DNA from: Eledone cirrhosa
Lineage: Eukaryota
DNA: 64,000 nt
Reading direction: 5' to 3'
NCBI GenBank assembly: GCA_964016885.1
Contig: OZ024743.1
Location: 139,748,001 to 139,812,000, forward strand
The translations under genes were made by a program, and so were the position numbers. The notes beneath the pieces were generated by a model, which was given only the letters and a program-made list of their open reading frames with translations, searched no databases and was not told the DNA's origin. Below, piece by piece: positions 29,700-44,700 of this stretch. The first letter of the stretch is position 1, and each line of letters opens with the position of its first letter.

Positions 29700-32600
29700 G
29701 CACCAAACACCAAACACCAAGCACCAAACACCAGCCACCAAGCACCAAGCAGCAAACACCAAACACCAAGCACTAAGCACCAAAAACCAAACAACAAACA
29801 CCAGGCACCAAGCACCAAAAACCAAACACCAAGCACGCAGCACCAAACACCAAGCACCAAGCACCAAACACCAAGCACCAAGCACCAAGCACCAAACACC
29901 AAACACCAAACACCAAGCACCAAGAACCAAACACCAAACACCAAACCCTAATCACCAAGCACCAAGCACAAAACACCAAGCACCAAGCAGCAAGCACCAA
30001 ACACCAAGCACCAAGCACCAAGCACCAAGCACCAAACACCAAGCACCAAGCACCAAACACCAAACCCCAAGCACCAAAGACCAAGCACCAAGCACCAAGA
30101 ACCAAACACCAAGCACCAAGCACCAAGCACCAAACACCAAGCACCAAGCACCAAACACCCAGCCCCAAGCACCAAGCACCAAACACCAAGCACCAAGCAC
30201 CAAACACCAAACACCAAACACCAAGCACCAAGCACCAAACAGCAAGCACCAAACACCAAACAGCAAACATCAAACAGCAAACACCAAACACCAAACAGCA
30301 AACAGCAAACGCCAAGCACCAAGCACCAAGCACCAAGCAGCAAACACCAAGCACCAAGCACCAAGCACAAAACACCAAACACCTAGCACCAAGGACCAAA
30401 CATCAAACACCAAGCACCAAGCACCTAGCACAAAGCACCGAACACCAAGCACCAAACACCAAACACCAAACACCAAGCACCAAACACCAAACACCAGGCA
30501 CCAAGCACCAAACACCAAGCACCATGCACCAAACACCAAGCACCAAGCACGAAGCACCAAACACCAAGCACCAAGCACCAAACACTTAACACCAAGCACC
30601 AAGCACCAAGCACCAAACACCAAGCACCAAACACTAAGCACCAAGCACCAAGTACATACACCAAGAACCAAACACAAAACACCAAGCACCAAGCAACAAG
30701 CATCAAACACCAAGCATCAAACACCATACACAAAGCACCAAGCACCGAAACACCAAACACCAAGCACCAAGCACCAAGCACCAAGCACAAACATCAAGCA
30801 CCCAGCACCAAACACCAAGCACCAAGCACCAAGCACCAAACACAGAGCACCAAACACCAAACACCAAGCACCAAACACCAAACACCAAGCACCAAGCACC
30901 AAAACCCAAACACCAAGCACCAAGCACCAAACACCAAACACCAAACACCAGAAACCAAGCACCAAACACCAAACACCAAACACCAAGCACCAAGCACCAA
31001 ACACCAAGCACCAAGCACCAAACAGCAAACCCCAAGCACCAAGCACCAAACACTAATCACCAAGCACCAAGCACCACACAACAAGCACCAAACACCAAGA
31101 ACCAGGCACCAAGCACCAAGCACCAAACACAAAACACCAAGCACCAAACACCAAACACCAAGCACTAAGCACCAAGCACCAAGCACCAAACTCCAAGCAC
31201 CCAGCAGCAAACACCAAACACCAAGCACCAAACACCAAACAACAAGCACCAGGTACCAAGCACCAAACACCAAAAACCAAGCACCAAGCACCAAACACCA
31301 AGCACCAAGCACCAAGCACCAATCACCAAACACCAAACACCAAACAGCAAAAACCAAATACGAAACAGCAAACACCATACAGCAAACACCAAACACCAAA
31401 AAGCAGACACCAAACAGCTAACACCAAACACCAAACACCAGACACCAAACACCAAGCACCAAGCACCAACCACCAAACCCCAAGCACCAATCAACAAACA
31501 CTAATCACGAAGCACCAAGCACCAAACACCAAGCAACAAGCACCAAGCACCAAACACCAAGCACCAAGCACCAAGCACAAAACACCAAGCACCAAACAAC
31601 AAGCACCAAGCACCAAGCACCAAACACCAAGCACCAAGCACCAAACACCAACCACCCAGCACCAAACACCAAGCACCAAGCACCAAGTACCAAACACCAA
31701 ACACCAAGCACCAAACACCAAACACCAAGCACCAAGCACCTAGCACGAAACACCATGCACCAAGCACCAAGCACCAAACACCAAACACCAAGCACCAAAC
31801 ACCAGCCACCAAGCACCAAGCACCAAACACCAAGCACTAAGCACCAAAAACCAAACAACAAGCACCAGGCACCAAGCACCAAACACCAAACACCAAGCAC
31901 GCAGCACCAAACATCAAGCACCAAGCACCAAGCACCAAACACCAAGCACCAAGCACCAAGCACCAAATACCAAACACCAAGCACCAAGAACCAAACACCA
32001 AACACCAAACAGCAAGCACCAAGCACCAAACACCAAGCACCAAACACCAAACCCCAAGCACCAATCACCAAACACTAATCACCAAGCACCAAGCACCAAA
32101 CGCCAAGCACCAAGCAGCAAGCACCAAACACCAAGCACCAAGCACCAAGCACCAAACACCAAGCACCAAACACCAAACACCAAACCCCAAGCACCAAAGA
32201 CCAAGCACCAAGCACCAAGCACCAAGCACCAAACACCAAGCACCAAGCACCAAACACCAAACACCAAACACCAAGTACCAAGCACCAAACAGCAAGCACC
32301 AAACACCAAACACCAAACAGCAAACATCAAACAGCAAACAGCAAACAGCAAACAGCAAACAGCAAACGCCAAACACCAAGCACCAAGCACCAAGCACTAA
32401 ACACCAAGCACCAACACCAAGCACAAAACACCAAACACCAAGCACCAAGGACCAAACATCAAACACCAAGCACCAAGCACCTAGCACAAAGCACCGAACA
32501 CCAAGCACCAAACACCAAGCACCAAGCACGAAGCACCAAACACGAAGCACCAAGCACCAAACACTTAACACCAAGCACCAAGCACCAAGCACCTAACACC

Positions 32601-35600
32601 AAGCACCAAACACCAAACACCAAGCACCAAGTACCAAACACCAAGCACCAAGCACCAAACACCAAGCACCAAGCACCAATCACCAAACACCAAGAACCAA
32701 GCACCAAACACCAAGCACCAAGCACATACACCAAGAACCAAGCACCAAACACCAAACACCAAACACCAAGCACAAAGCACCAAACACCAAGCACCAAGCA
32801 CCAAACAGCAAACCCCAAGCACCAAACACAAAACACCAAGCACCAAGCAACAAGCATCAAACACCAAGTATCAAACACCAAACAACAAGCACCAAGCACC
32901 AAACACCAAACACCAAGCACCAAGCACCAAGCACCAAGCACAAACATCAAGCACCCAGCACCAAACACCAAGCACCAAGCACCAAGCACCAAACACCAAG
33001 CACCAAACACCAAACACCAAGCACCAAACACCAAACACCAAGCACCAAGCACCAAAACCCAAACACCAAGCACCAAGCACCAAACACCAAACACCAAACA
33101 CCAGAAACCAAGCACCAAACACCAAACACCAAACACCAAGCACAAAGCACCAAACACCAAGCACCAAGCACCAAACAGCAAACCCCAAGCACCAAGCACC
33201 AAACACTAATCACCAAGCAACAAGCACCACACAACAAGCACCAAGCACCAAGAACCAGGCACCAAGCACCAAGCACCAAACACAAAACACCAAGCACCAA
33301 GCACCAAGTAGCACACACCAAGCATCAAACACCAAACACCAAACACCAAGCACCAAACACCAAACACCAAGTCCTAAGCACCAAGCACCAAGCACCAAAC
33401 TCCAAGCACCCAGCACCAAACACCAAACACCAAGCACAAAGCACCAAACACCAAACACCAAGCACCAAGCACCAAGCAACAAACACCAAACACCAAACAC
33501 CAAACACCAAGCACCAAACACCAAGCACCAAGCACCAAACAACAAGCACCAAGCACCAAGCACCAAACACCAAGCACCAAGCACCAAGCACCAAACACCA
33601 AGCACCAAGCACCAACCACCAAACCCCAAGCACCAAGCAACAAACACTAATCACCAAGTACCAAGCACCAAACACCAAGCACCAAGCACCAAGCACCAAA
33701 CACCAAGCACCAAGCACCAAGCACCAAACACCAAACACCAAGCACCAAACACCAAGCACCAAGCACCAAACAACAAGCACCAAGCACCAAGCACCAAACA
33801 CCAAGCACCAAGCACCAAACACCAACCACCCAGCACCAAGCCCCAAGCACCAAGCACCAAACACCAAACACCAAGCACCAAGCACCAACCACCAAACCCC
33901 AAGCACCAATCAACAAACACTAATCACCAAGCACCAAGCACCAAACACCAAGCACCAAGCACCAAGCACCAAACACCAAGCACCAAGCACCAAGCACCAA
34001 ACACCAAGCACCAAACACCAAACACCAAGCACCAAGCACCAAACACCAAACACCAAGCACCAAGCACCAAGCACCAAACACCAAACAACAAGCACCAAAC
34101 ACCAAACACCAAGCACCAAAAACCAAACACCAAGCACCAAGGACCCAACATCAAACACCAAGCACCAAGCACCAAACACCAAACACCAAGCACCAAGCAC
34201 CAAGCACCAAGCACCGAACACCAAGCCCCAAACACCAAGCACCAAACACCAAGCCCCAAACACCAAACACCAAGTCCCACGCACCAAGCACCAAACACCA
34301 AACAACAAGCACCAAGCACCAAACACCAAACAACAAGCACCAGGCACCAAGCACCAAACACCAAACACCAAGCACCAAGCACCAAACACCAAACACCAAG
34401 CACGCAGCATCAAACACCAAGCACCAAGCGCCAAGCACCAAACACCAATCACCAAGCACCAAGCACCAAGTACCAAACACCAACCACCAAGCACCAAACA
34501 CCAAACACCAAGCACCAAACACCAAGCACGAAACACCAGGCACCAAGCACCAAACACCAAACACCAAGCACCAAGCACCAGCCACCAAGCACCAAGCACC
34601 AAACTCCAAACACCAAGCACTAAGCACCAAACACCAAACAACAAGCAGCAGGCACCAAGCACCAAACACCAAACACCAAGCACGCAGCACCAAACACCAA
34701 CCACCAAGCACCAAACACCAATCACCTAGCACCAAGCACCAAACACCAAACACCAAACACTAATCACCAAGCACCAAGCACCAAACACCAAGCACCAAGC
34801 AGCAAGCACCAAACACCAAGCACCAAGCACCAAACACCAAGCACCAAGCACCAAACAGCAAGCACCAAATACCAAGCACCAAACACCAAGCACCAAACAC
34901 CAAGCCCCACGCACCAAGCACCAAACACCAAACACCAAGCACCAAGCACCAAACACCAAGCACCAAGCACGAAGCCCCTAGCACCAAACACCAAACACCA
35001 ATCAAAAAGCACAAAACACCAAGCACCAATCACCAAGCACCAAACACCAAGCAGCAAGCAGCAAGCACCAAACACCAAACACCAAGCACCAAGCACCAAA
35101 TACCAAACACCAAGCACCAAGGTCCAAACATCAAACAACAAGAACCAGGCACCAAGCACCAAACACAAAAACACCAAGCACCAAGCACCAAACACCAAGC
35201 ACGCAGCATCAAACACCATGCACCAAGCACCAAGCACCAAAGACCAAGCACCAAGCACCAAGTACCAAACACCAAACACCCAGCACCAAACACCAAACAC
35301 CAAGCACCAAGCACCAAGCATGAAACACCAGGCACCAAGCATCAAGCACAAAACACCAAACACCAAGCACCAAACACCAGCCACCAAGCACCAAGTATCA
35401 AACACCAAACACCAAGCACTATGCACCAAACACCAAACAACAAGCACCAGGCACCAAGCACCAAGCACCAAACACCAAGCACGCAGCACCAAACACCAAG
35501 CACCAAGCACCAAACACCAAACACCAAGCACCAAGCACCAAGCACCAAACACCAAACACCAAACACCAGGCACCAAGAACCAAACACCAAACACCAAACA

Positions 35601-36800
35601 GCAAGCACCAAGCACCAAACACCAAGCACCAAACACCAAACCCCAAGCACCAATCACCAAACACTAATCAACAAGCACCAAGCACCAAACACAAAGCACC
35701 AAGCAGCAAGCACCAAACACCAAGCACCGAGCACCAAGCACCAAGCACCAAACACCAAGCACCAAGCACCAAACACCAAACCCCAAGCACCAAAGACCAA
35801 GCACAAAGCACCAAGGACCAAACACCAAGCACCAAGCACCAAGCACCAAACACCAAGCACCAAGCACCAAACACCCAGCACCAAGCACCAAGCACCAAAC
35901 ACCAAGCACCAAGCACCAAACACCAAACACCAAACACCAAGCACCAAGCACCAAACAGCAAGCACCAAACACCAAACAACAAACAGCAAACGCCAAACAC
36001 CAAGCACCAAGCACCAAGCACCAAACACCAAGCACCAAGCACCAAGCACAAATCAGCAAACACCAAGCACCAAGGACCAAACATCAAACACCAAGCACCA
36101 AGCACCAAACACCAAACACCAATCACCAAGCACCAAGCACAAAGCACCGAACACCAAGCACCAAGCACCAAGCACCAAACACCAAGCACCAAACACCAAG
36201 CACCAGGCACCAAGCACCAAACACCAGGCACCATGCACCAAACACCAAGCACCAAGCACGAAGCACCAAACACCAAGCACCAAACACCAAACACTTAACA
36301 CCAAGCACCAAGCACCAAGCACCAAGCACCAAGCACCAAACACCAAACACCAAGCACCAAGTATCAAACACCAAGCACCAAGCACCAAACACCAAGCAGC
36401 AAGCACCAATCACCAAACACCAAGAACCAAGCACCAAACACCAACTACCAAGCACCAAGTACATACACCAAGCACCAAACACCAAACACAAAACACCAAG
36501 CACCAAACACCGAGCACCAAACACCAGATACCAAGCACCAAGCACCAAACACCAAACACGAAGCATGCAACATCAAACACCAAGCACCAAGCACCAAGCA
36601 CCAAGCAACAAACACCAAGCACCAAGCACCAAGTACCAAACACCAACCACCAAGCACCAAACACCAAACACCAAGCTCCAAGCACCAAGCACGAAACACC
36701 AGGCACCAAGCACCAAACACCAAGCACCAAACACCAAACACCAAGCACCAAGTATCAAACACCAAGCACCAAGCACCAAACACCAAGCAGCAAGCACCAA
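29700..36800 (+). repeat. Diverged copy of about 10750-17550 (offset about 19.0-19.3 kb)
   Basis: The offset steps through 18958, 18993, 19000, 19196, 19238 and 19266 (e.g. 11710/30703, 13263/32459, 14672/33910, 16155/35421), always in multiples of 7. Confidence 0.87.
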
Positions 36801-38950
36801 TCACCAAACACCAAGAACCAAGCACCAAACACCAACCACCAAGCACCAAGTACATACACCAAACACCAAACACCAAACACAAAACACCAAGCACCAAGCA
36901 CCAAGCACGAAACACCAAGCCCCAAGCACCAAGCACCAAACACCAAACACCAAGCACCAAACACAAAACACCAAGCACCAAGCACCAAGCAGCACACACC
37001 CAGCATCAAACACCAAACACCAAACACCAAGCACCAAACACCAAACACCAAACACCAAGCACCAAGCACCAAGCACCAAACACCAGACACCAAGCACCAA
37101 ACACCAAGCACCAAGCACCAAGCACCAAACACCAAACAACAAGCACCAGGTACCAAGCACCAAACACCAAAAACCAAACACCAAGCACCAAGCACCAAGC
37201 ACCAAACAGCAAACACCAAGCACCAAGCACCAAGCACCAACCACCCAGAACCTAGCACCAAGCACCAAACAGCAAGCACCAAACACCAAACACCAAACAC
37301 CAAGCACCAAGCACCAAGCACCAAACACCAAGCCCCAAGCACCAAGCACCAAACACCAAACACCAAGAACCAAGCACCAAACACCAAGCACCAAGCACCA
37401 ATCACAAAGAAAGAAACAACAAGCAGCAAGCAGCAAGCACCAAACACCAAACACCAAGCACCAAACACCAAGCACCAAACACCAAGCACCAAACACCAAA
37501 CACTAAGTCCCACGCACCAAGCACCAAACACCAAACAGCAAGCACCAAGCACCAAACACCAAGCACCAAACACCAAGCACCAGGCACCAAGCACCAAACA
37601 CCAGGCACCATGCACCAAACACCAAGCACCAAGCACGAAGCACCAAACACGAAGCACCAAACACCAAACACTTAACACCAAGCACCAAGCACCAAGCACC
37701 AAGCACCAAGCACCAAACACCAAACACCAAGCACCAAGTATCAAACACCAAGCACCAAGCACCAAACACCAAGCAGCAAGCACCAATCACCAAACACCAA
37801 GAACCAAGCACCAAACACCAACTACCAAGCACCAAGTACATACACCAAGCACCAAACACCAAACACAAAACACCAAGCACCAAACACCGAGCACCAAACA
37901 CCAGATACCAAGCACCAAGCACCAAACACCAAACACGAAGCATGCAACATCAAACACCAAGCACCAAGCACCAAGCACCAAGCAACAAACACCAAGCACC
38001 AAGCACCAAGTACCAAACACCAACCACCAAGCACCAAACACCAAACACCAAGCTCCAAGCACCAAGCACGAAACACCAGGCACCAAGCACCAAACACCAA
38101 GCACCAAACACCAAACACCAAGCACCAAGTATCAAACACCAAGCACCAAGCACCAAACACCAAGCAGCAAGCACCAATCACCAAACACCAAGAACCAAGC
38201 ACCAAACACCAACCACCAAGCACCAAGTACATACACCAAACACCAAACACCAAACACAAAACACCAAGCACCAAGCACCAAGCACGAAACACCAAGCCCC
38301 AAGCACCAAGCACCAAACACCAAACACCAAGCACCAAACACAAAACACCAAGCACCAAGCACCAAGCAGCACACACCCAGCATCAAACACCAAACACCAA
38401 ACACCAAGCACCAAACACCAAACACCAAACACCAAGCACCAAGCACCAAGCACCAAACACCAGACACCAAGCACCAAACACCAAGCACCAAGCACCAAGC
38501 ACCAAACACCAAACAACAAGCACCAGGTACCAAGCACCAAACACCAAAAACCAAACACCAAGCACCAAGCACCAAGCACCAAACACCAAACACCAAGCAC
38601 CAAGCACCAAGCACCAACCACCCAGAACCTAGCACCAAGCACCAAACAGCAAGCACCAAACACCAAACACCAAACACCAAGCACCAAGCACCAAGCACCA
38701 AACACCAAGCCCCAAGCACCAAGCACCAAACACCAAACACCAAGAACCAAGCACCAAACACCAAGCACCAAGCACCAATCACAAAGAAAGAAACAACAAG
38801 CAGCAAGCAGCAAGCACCAAACACCAAACACCAAGCACCAAACACCAAGCACCAAACACCAAGCACCAAACACCAAACACTAAGTCCCACGCACCAAGCA
38901 CCAAACACCAAACAGCAAGCACCAAGCACCAAACACCAAGCACCAAGCAC
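36180..38950 (+). repeat. Tandem duplication, period 1377 bp, nested in 15.6-kb copy 1
   Basis: ORF pairs 36410/37787, 36565/37942 and 36801/38178. Confidence 0.92.
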
Positions 38951-41779
38951 CAACCCCCTAGCACCAAACACCAAACACCAAGCACCAAGCACAAAACACC
39001 AAGCACCAATCACCATGCACCAAACACCAAGCAGCAAGCAGCAAGCACCAAACGCCAAAACCAAGCACCAAGCACCAAACACCAAACACCAAGCACCAAG
39101 CCCCAAACACCTAACACCAAGCACCAAGCACCAAGCACCAAGCACCAAACACCAAGCACCAATCACCAAACACCAAGCACCAAGCACCAAACACCAAGCA
39201 CCAGGCACCAAGCACCAAACACCAAGCACCAAACACCAAGCACCAAGCACCAAACACCAAGCACCAAGACCGAAGCACCAAACACCAATCACCAAACTCC
39301 AAACACAAAACACCAAGCACCAAGCAGCAAGCACCAAACACCAAACACCAAGCACCAAGCACCAAATACCAAACACCAAGCACCAAGGACCAAACATCAA
39401 ACACCAAGCACCAAGCACCAAGCACCAAGCCCCAAACACCAAGCACCAAGCCCCAAACACCAAGCACCAAGCACCAAAGACCAAGCACCAAGCACCAAGC
39501 ACCAAACACCAAACACCAAGCACCAAACACCAAACACCAAACACCAAGCACGCAGCATCAAACACCAAGCACCAAGCACCAAGCACCAAAGACCAAGCAC
39601 CAAGCACCAAGCACCAAGTACCAAACACCAAACACCAAGCACCAAACACCAAACACCAAGCACCAAGCACCAAGCACGAAACACCAGGCACCAAGCACCA
39701 AGCACAAAACACCAAACACCAAGCACCAAACACCAGCCACCAAGCACCAAGCACCAAACACCAAACACCAAGCACTATGCACCAAACACCAAACAACAAG
39801 CACCAGGCACCAAGCACCAAACGCCAAACACCAAGCACGCAGCACCAAACACCAAGCACCAAGCACCAAGCACCAAACACCAAGCACCAAGCACCAAGCA
39901 CCAAACACCAAACACCAAACACCAAGCACCAAGAACCAAACACCAAACACCAAACAGCAAGCACCAAGCACCAAACACCAAACACCAAGCACCAAACACC
40001 AGCCACCAAGCACCAAGCACCAAACACCAAACACCAAGCACTAAGCACCAAACACCAAACAACAAGCAGCAGGCACCAAGCACCAGACACCAAACACCAA
40101 GCACGCAGCACCAAACACCAAGCACCAAGCACCAAACACCCATCACCTAGCACCAAGCACCAAACACCAAACACCAAACACCAAGCACCAAGAACCAAAC
40201 ACCAAACACCAAACAGCAAACACCAAGCACCAAACACCAAGCACCAAACACCAAACCCCAAGCACCAATCACCAAACACTAATCACCAAGCACCAAGCAC
40301 CAAACACCAAGCACCAAGCACCAAGCACCAAGCACCAAGCACCAAGCACCAAACACCAAGCACCAAGCACCAAACATCAAACACCAAACACCAAGCACCA
40401 AGCACCAAACAGCAAGCATCAAATACCAAGCACCAAACACCAAGCACCAAACACCAAGCCCCACGCACCAAGCACCAAACACCAAACACCAAGCACCAAG
40501 CACCAAACACTAATCACCAAGCACCAAGCCCCTAGCACCAAACACCAAACACCAATCAAAAAGCACAAAACACCAAGCACCAATCACCAAGCACCAAACA
40601 CCTAGCAGCAAGCAGCAAGCACCAAACACCAAACACAAAGCACCAAGCACCAAATACCAAACACCAAGCACCAAGGTCCAAACATCAAACACCAAGCACC
40701 AAACGCCTAACACCAAGCACCAAGCACCAAGCACCAAGCACCAAACACAAAACACCAAGCACCAAGCACCAAGCAGCAAACACCAAACACCAAGCACCAT
40801 GCACCAAGCACCAAACACCAGATACCAAGCACCAAGCACCAAACACCAAACACCAAGCACCAAGCACCAAACACCAAACAACAAGAACCAGGCACCAAGC
40901 ACCAAACACCAAACACCAAGCACCAAGCACCAAACACCAAAATCCAAGCACGCAGCATCAAACACCAAGCACCAAGCACCAAGCACCAAAGACCAAGCAC
41001 CAAGCACCAAGCACCAAGTACCAAACACCAAACACCAAGCACCAAACACCAAACACCAAGCACCAAGCACCAAGCACGAAACACCAGGCACCAAGCACCA
41101 AGCACAAAACAGCAAACACCAAGCACCAAACACCAGCCACCAAGCACCAAGCACCAAACACCAAACACCAAGCACTATGCACCAAACACCAAACAACAAG
41201 CACCAGGCACCAAGCACTAAACGCCAAACACCAAGCACGCAGCACCAAACACCAAGCACCAAGCACCAAGCACCAAACACCAAGCACCAAGCACCAAGCA
41301 CCAAACACCAAACACCAAACACCAAGCACCAAGAACCAAACACCAAACACCAAACAGCAAGCACCAAGCACCAAACACCAAGCACCAAACACCAAACCCC
41401 AAGCACCAATCACCAAACACTAATCAACAAGCACCAAGCACCAAACACGAAGCACCAAACACGAAGCACCAAGCAGCAAGCACCAAACACCAAGCACCAT
41501 GCACCAAGCACCAAGCACCAAACACCAAGCACCAAGCACCAAACACCAAACCCCAAGCACCAAAGACCAAGCACCAAGCACCGAGCACCAAGCACCAAAC
41601 ACCAAGCACCAAGCACCAAACACCCAGCACCAAGCACCAAGCACCAAACACCAAGCACCAAGCACCAAACACCAAACACCAAACACCAAGCACCAAGCAC
41701 CAAACAGCAAGCACCAAACACCAAACAACAAACAGCAAACGCCAAACACCAAGCACCAAGCACCAAGCACCAAACACCA

Positions 41780-44700
41780 AGCACCAAGCACCAAGCACAA
41801 ATCAGCAAACACCAAGCACCAAGGACCAAACATCAAACACCAAGCACCAAGCACGAAACACCGAACACGAAACACCGAACACCAATCACCAAGCACCAAG
41901 CACAAAGCACCGAACACCAAGCACCAAACACCAAGCACCAAACACGAAGCACCAAACACCAAGCACCAGGCACCAAGCACCAAACACCAAGCACCATGCA
42001 CCAAACACCAAGCACCAAGCACGAAGCACCAAACACCAAGCACCAAACACCAAACACTTAACACCAAGCACCAAGCACCAAGCACCAAACACCAAGCACC
42101 AAACACCAAACACCAAGCACCAAGTATCAAACACCAAGCACCAAGCACCAAACACCAAGCAACAAGCACCAATCACCAAACAGCAAGAACCAAGCACTAA
42201 ACACCAACTACCAAGCACCAAGTACATACACCAAGCACCAAACACCAAACACAAAACACCAAGCACCAAACACCGAGCACCAAACACCAGATACCAAGCA
42301 CCAAGCACCAAACACCAAACACCAAGCACCAAGCAGCAAACACCAAACAACAAGCACCAGGCACAAAGCACCATACACCAAACACCAAGCAGCAAGGACC
42401 AAACACCAAACACCAAGCACGCAGCATCAAACACCAAGCACCAAGCACCAAGCACCAAGCAACAAACACCAAGCACCAAGCACCAAGTACCAAACACCAA
42501 CCACCAAGCACCAAACACCAAACACCAAGCACCAAGCACCAAGCACGAAACACCAGGCACCAAGCACCAAGCACCAAACACCAAGCACCAAACACCAAAC
42601 ACCAAGCACCAAGTATCAAACACCAAGCACCAAGCACCAAACACCAAGCAGCAAGCACCAATCACCAAACACCAAGAACCAAGCACCAAACACCAACCAC
42701 CAAGCACCAAGTACATACACCAAGCACCAAACACCAAACACAAAACACCAAGCACCAAGCACCAAGCACCAAACACCAAGCCCCAAGCACCAAGCACCAA
42801 ACACCAAACACCAAGCACCAAGCACCAAACACCAAGCACCAAGCACCAATCACAATGAATGAAACAACAAGCAGCAAGCAGCAAGCACCAAACACCAAAC
42901 ACCAAGCACCAAACACCAAGCACCAAGCACCAAGGACCCAACATGAAACACCAAGCCCCAAGCACCAAACACCAAACACCAAGCACCAACACCAAGCACC
43001 AAGCACCGAACACCAAGCCCCAAACACCAGGCACCAAACACCAAGCACCAAACACCAAACACTAAGTCCCACGCACCAAGCACCAAACACCAAACAGCAA
43101 GCACCAAGCACCAAACACCAAGCACCAAGCACCAAGCCCCTAGCACCAAACACCAAACACCAAGCACCAAGCACAAAACACTAAGCACCAATCACCAAGC
43201 ACCAAACACCAAGCAGCAAGCAGCAAGCACCAAACACCAAAACCAAGCACCAAGCACCAAACACCAAACACCAAGCACCAAGCACTAAACATCAAACACC
43301 AAGCACTAAGCACCAAACACCTAACACCAAGCACCAAGCACCAAGCACGAAGCACCAAACACCAAGCACCAATCACCAAACACCAAGCACCAAGCACCAA
43401 ACACCAAGCACCAGGCACCAAGCACCAAACACCAAGCACCAAGCACCAAACACCAAGCACCAAGACCGAAGCACCAAACACCAAGCACCAAACACCAAGC
43501 ACCAAACACCAAACACAAAACACCAAGCACCAAGCAGCAAGCACCAAACACCAAACACCAAGCACCAAGCACCAAACACCAAACACCAAGCACCAAGGAC
43601 CAAACATCAAACACCAAGCACCAAGCACCAAACACCTAACACCAAGCACCAAGCACCAAGCCCCAAACACCAAGCACCAAGCAAAAAAAAAAAGCACCAA
43701 GCACCAAGCACCAAACACCAAGCACCAAGCACCAAACACCAAACCCCAAGCACCAAACACCAAACCGCAAGCACCAAGCACCAAACACTAATCACCAAGC
43801 ACCAAGCACCAAGCATCAAACACCAAACACCAAGCACCAAGCACCAAACACCAAGCACCAAGCAGCAAACAGCAAACAACAAGCACCAGGCACAAAGCAC
43901 CATACACCAAACACCAAGCAGCAAGCACCAAACACCAAACACCAAGCACGCAGCATCAAACACCAAGCACCAAGCACCAAGCACCAAGCAACAAACACCA
44001 AGCACCAAGCACCAAGTACCAAACACCAACCACCAAGCACCAAACACCAAACACCAAGCACCAAGCACCAAGCACGAAACACCAGGCACCAAGCACCAAG
44101 CACCAAACACCAAACACCAAGCACCAAACACCAAGCACCAGGCACCAAGCACCAAACACCAAGCACCAAGCACCAAACACCAAACACCAAACACCAAGCA
44201 CCAAGCACCAAACAGCAAGCACCAAGCACCAAGCACCAAGCACAAATTAGCAAACACCAAGCACCAAGGACCAAACATCAAACACCAAGCACCAAGCACC
44301 AAACACCAAACAGCAATCACCAAGCACCAAGCACAAAGCACCGAACACCAAGCACCAAAAACCAAGCACCAAACACCAAGCATCAAACACCAAGCACCAG
44401 GCACCAAGCACCAAACACCAAGCACCATGCACCAAACACCAAGCACCAAGCACGAAGCACCAAACACCAAGCACCAAACACCAAACACTTAACACCAAGC
44501 ACCAAGCACCAAGCACCAAACACCAAGCACCAAACACCAAACACCAAGCACCAAGTATCAAACACCAAGCACCAAGCACCAAACACCAAGCAGCAAGCAC
44601 CAATCACCAAACACCAAGAACCAAGCACCAAACACCAACTACCAAGCACCAAGTACATACACCAAGCACCAAACACCAAACACAAAACACCAAGCACCAA

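Noticed and set aside
38132-40279. Hydrophobic Cys/Trp-rich minus-strand ORFs resembling membrane proteins
   Set aside because: Direct translation of (YTTGGTG)n; hundreds of equivalent overlapping ORFs exist in all three frames.
43683-43693. A11 as a retroelement poly(A) tail or terminator
   Set aside because: There is no inserted body or hairpin; it occupies almost exactly two heptamer positions.
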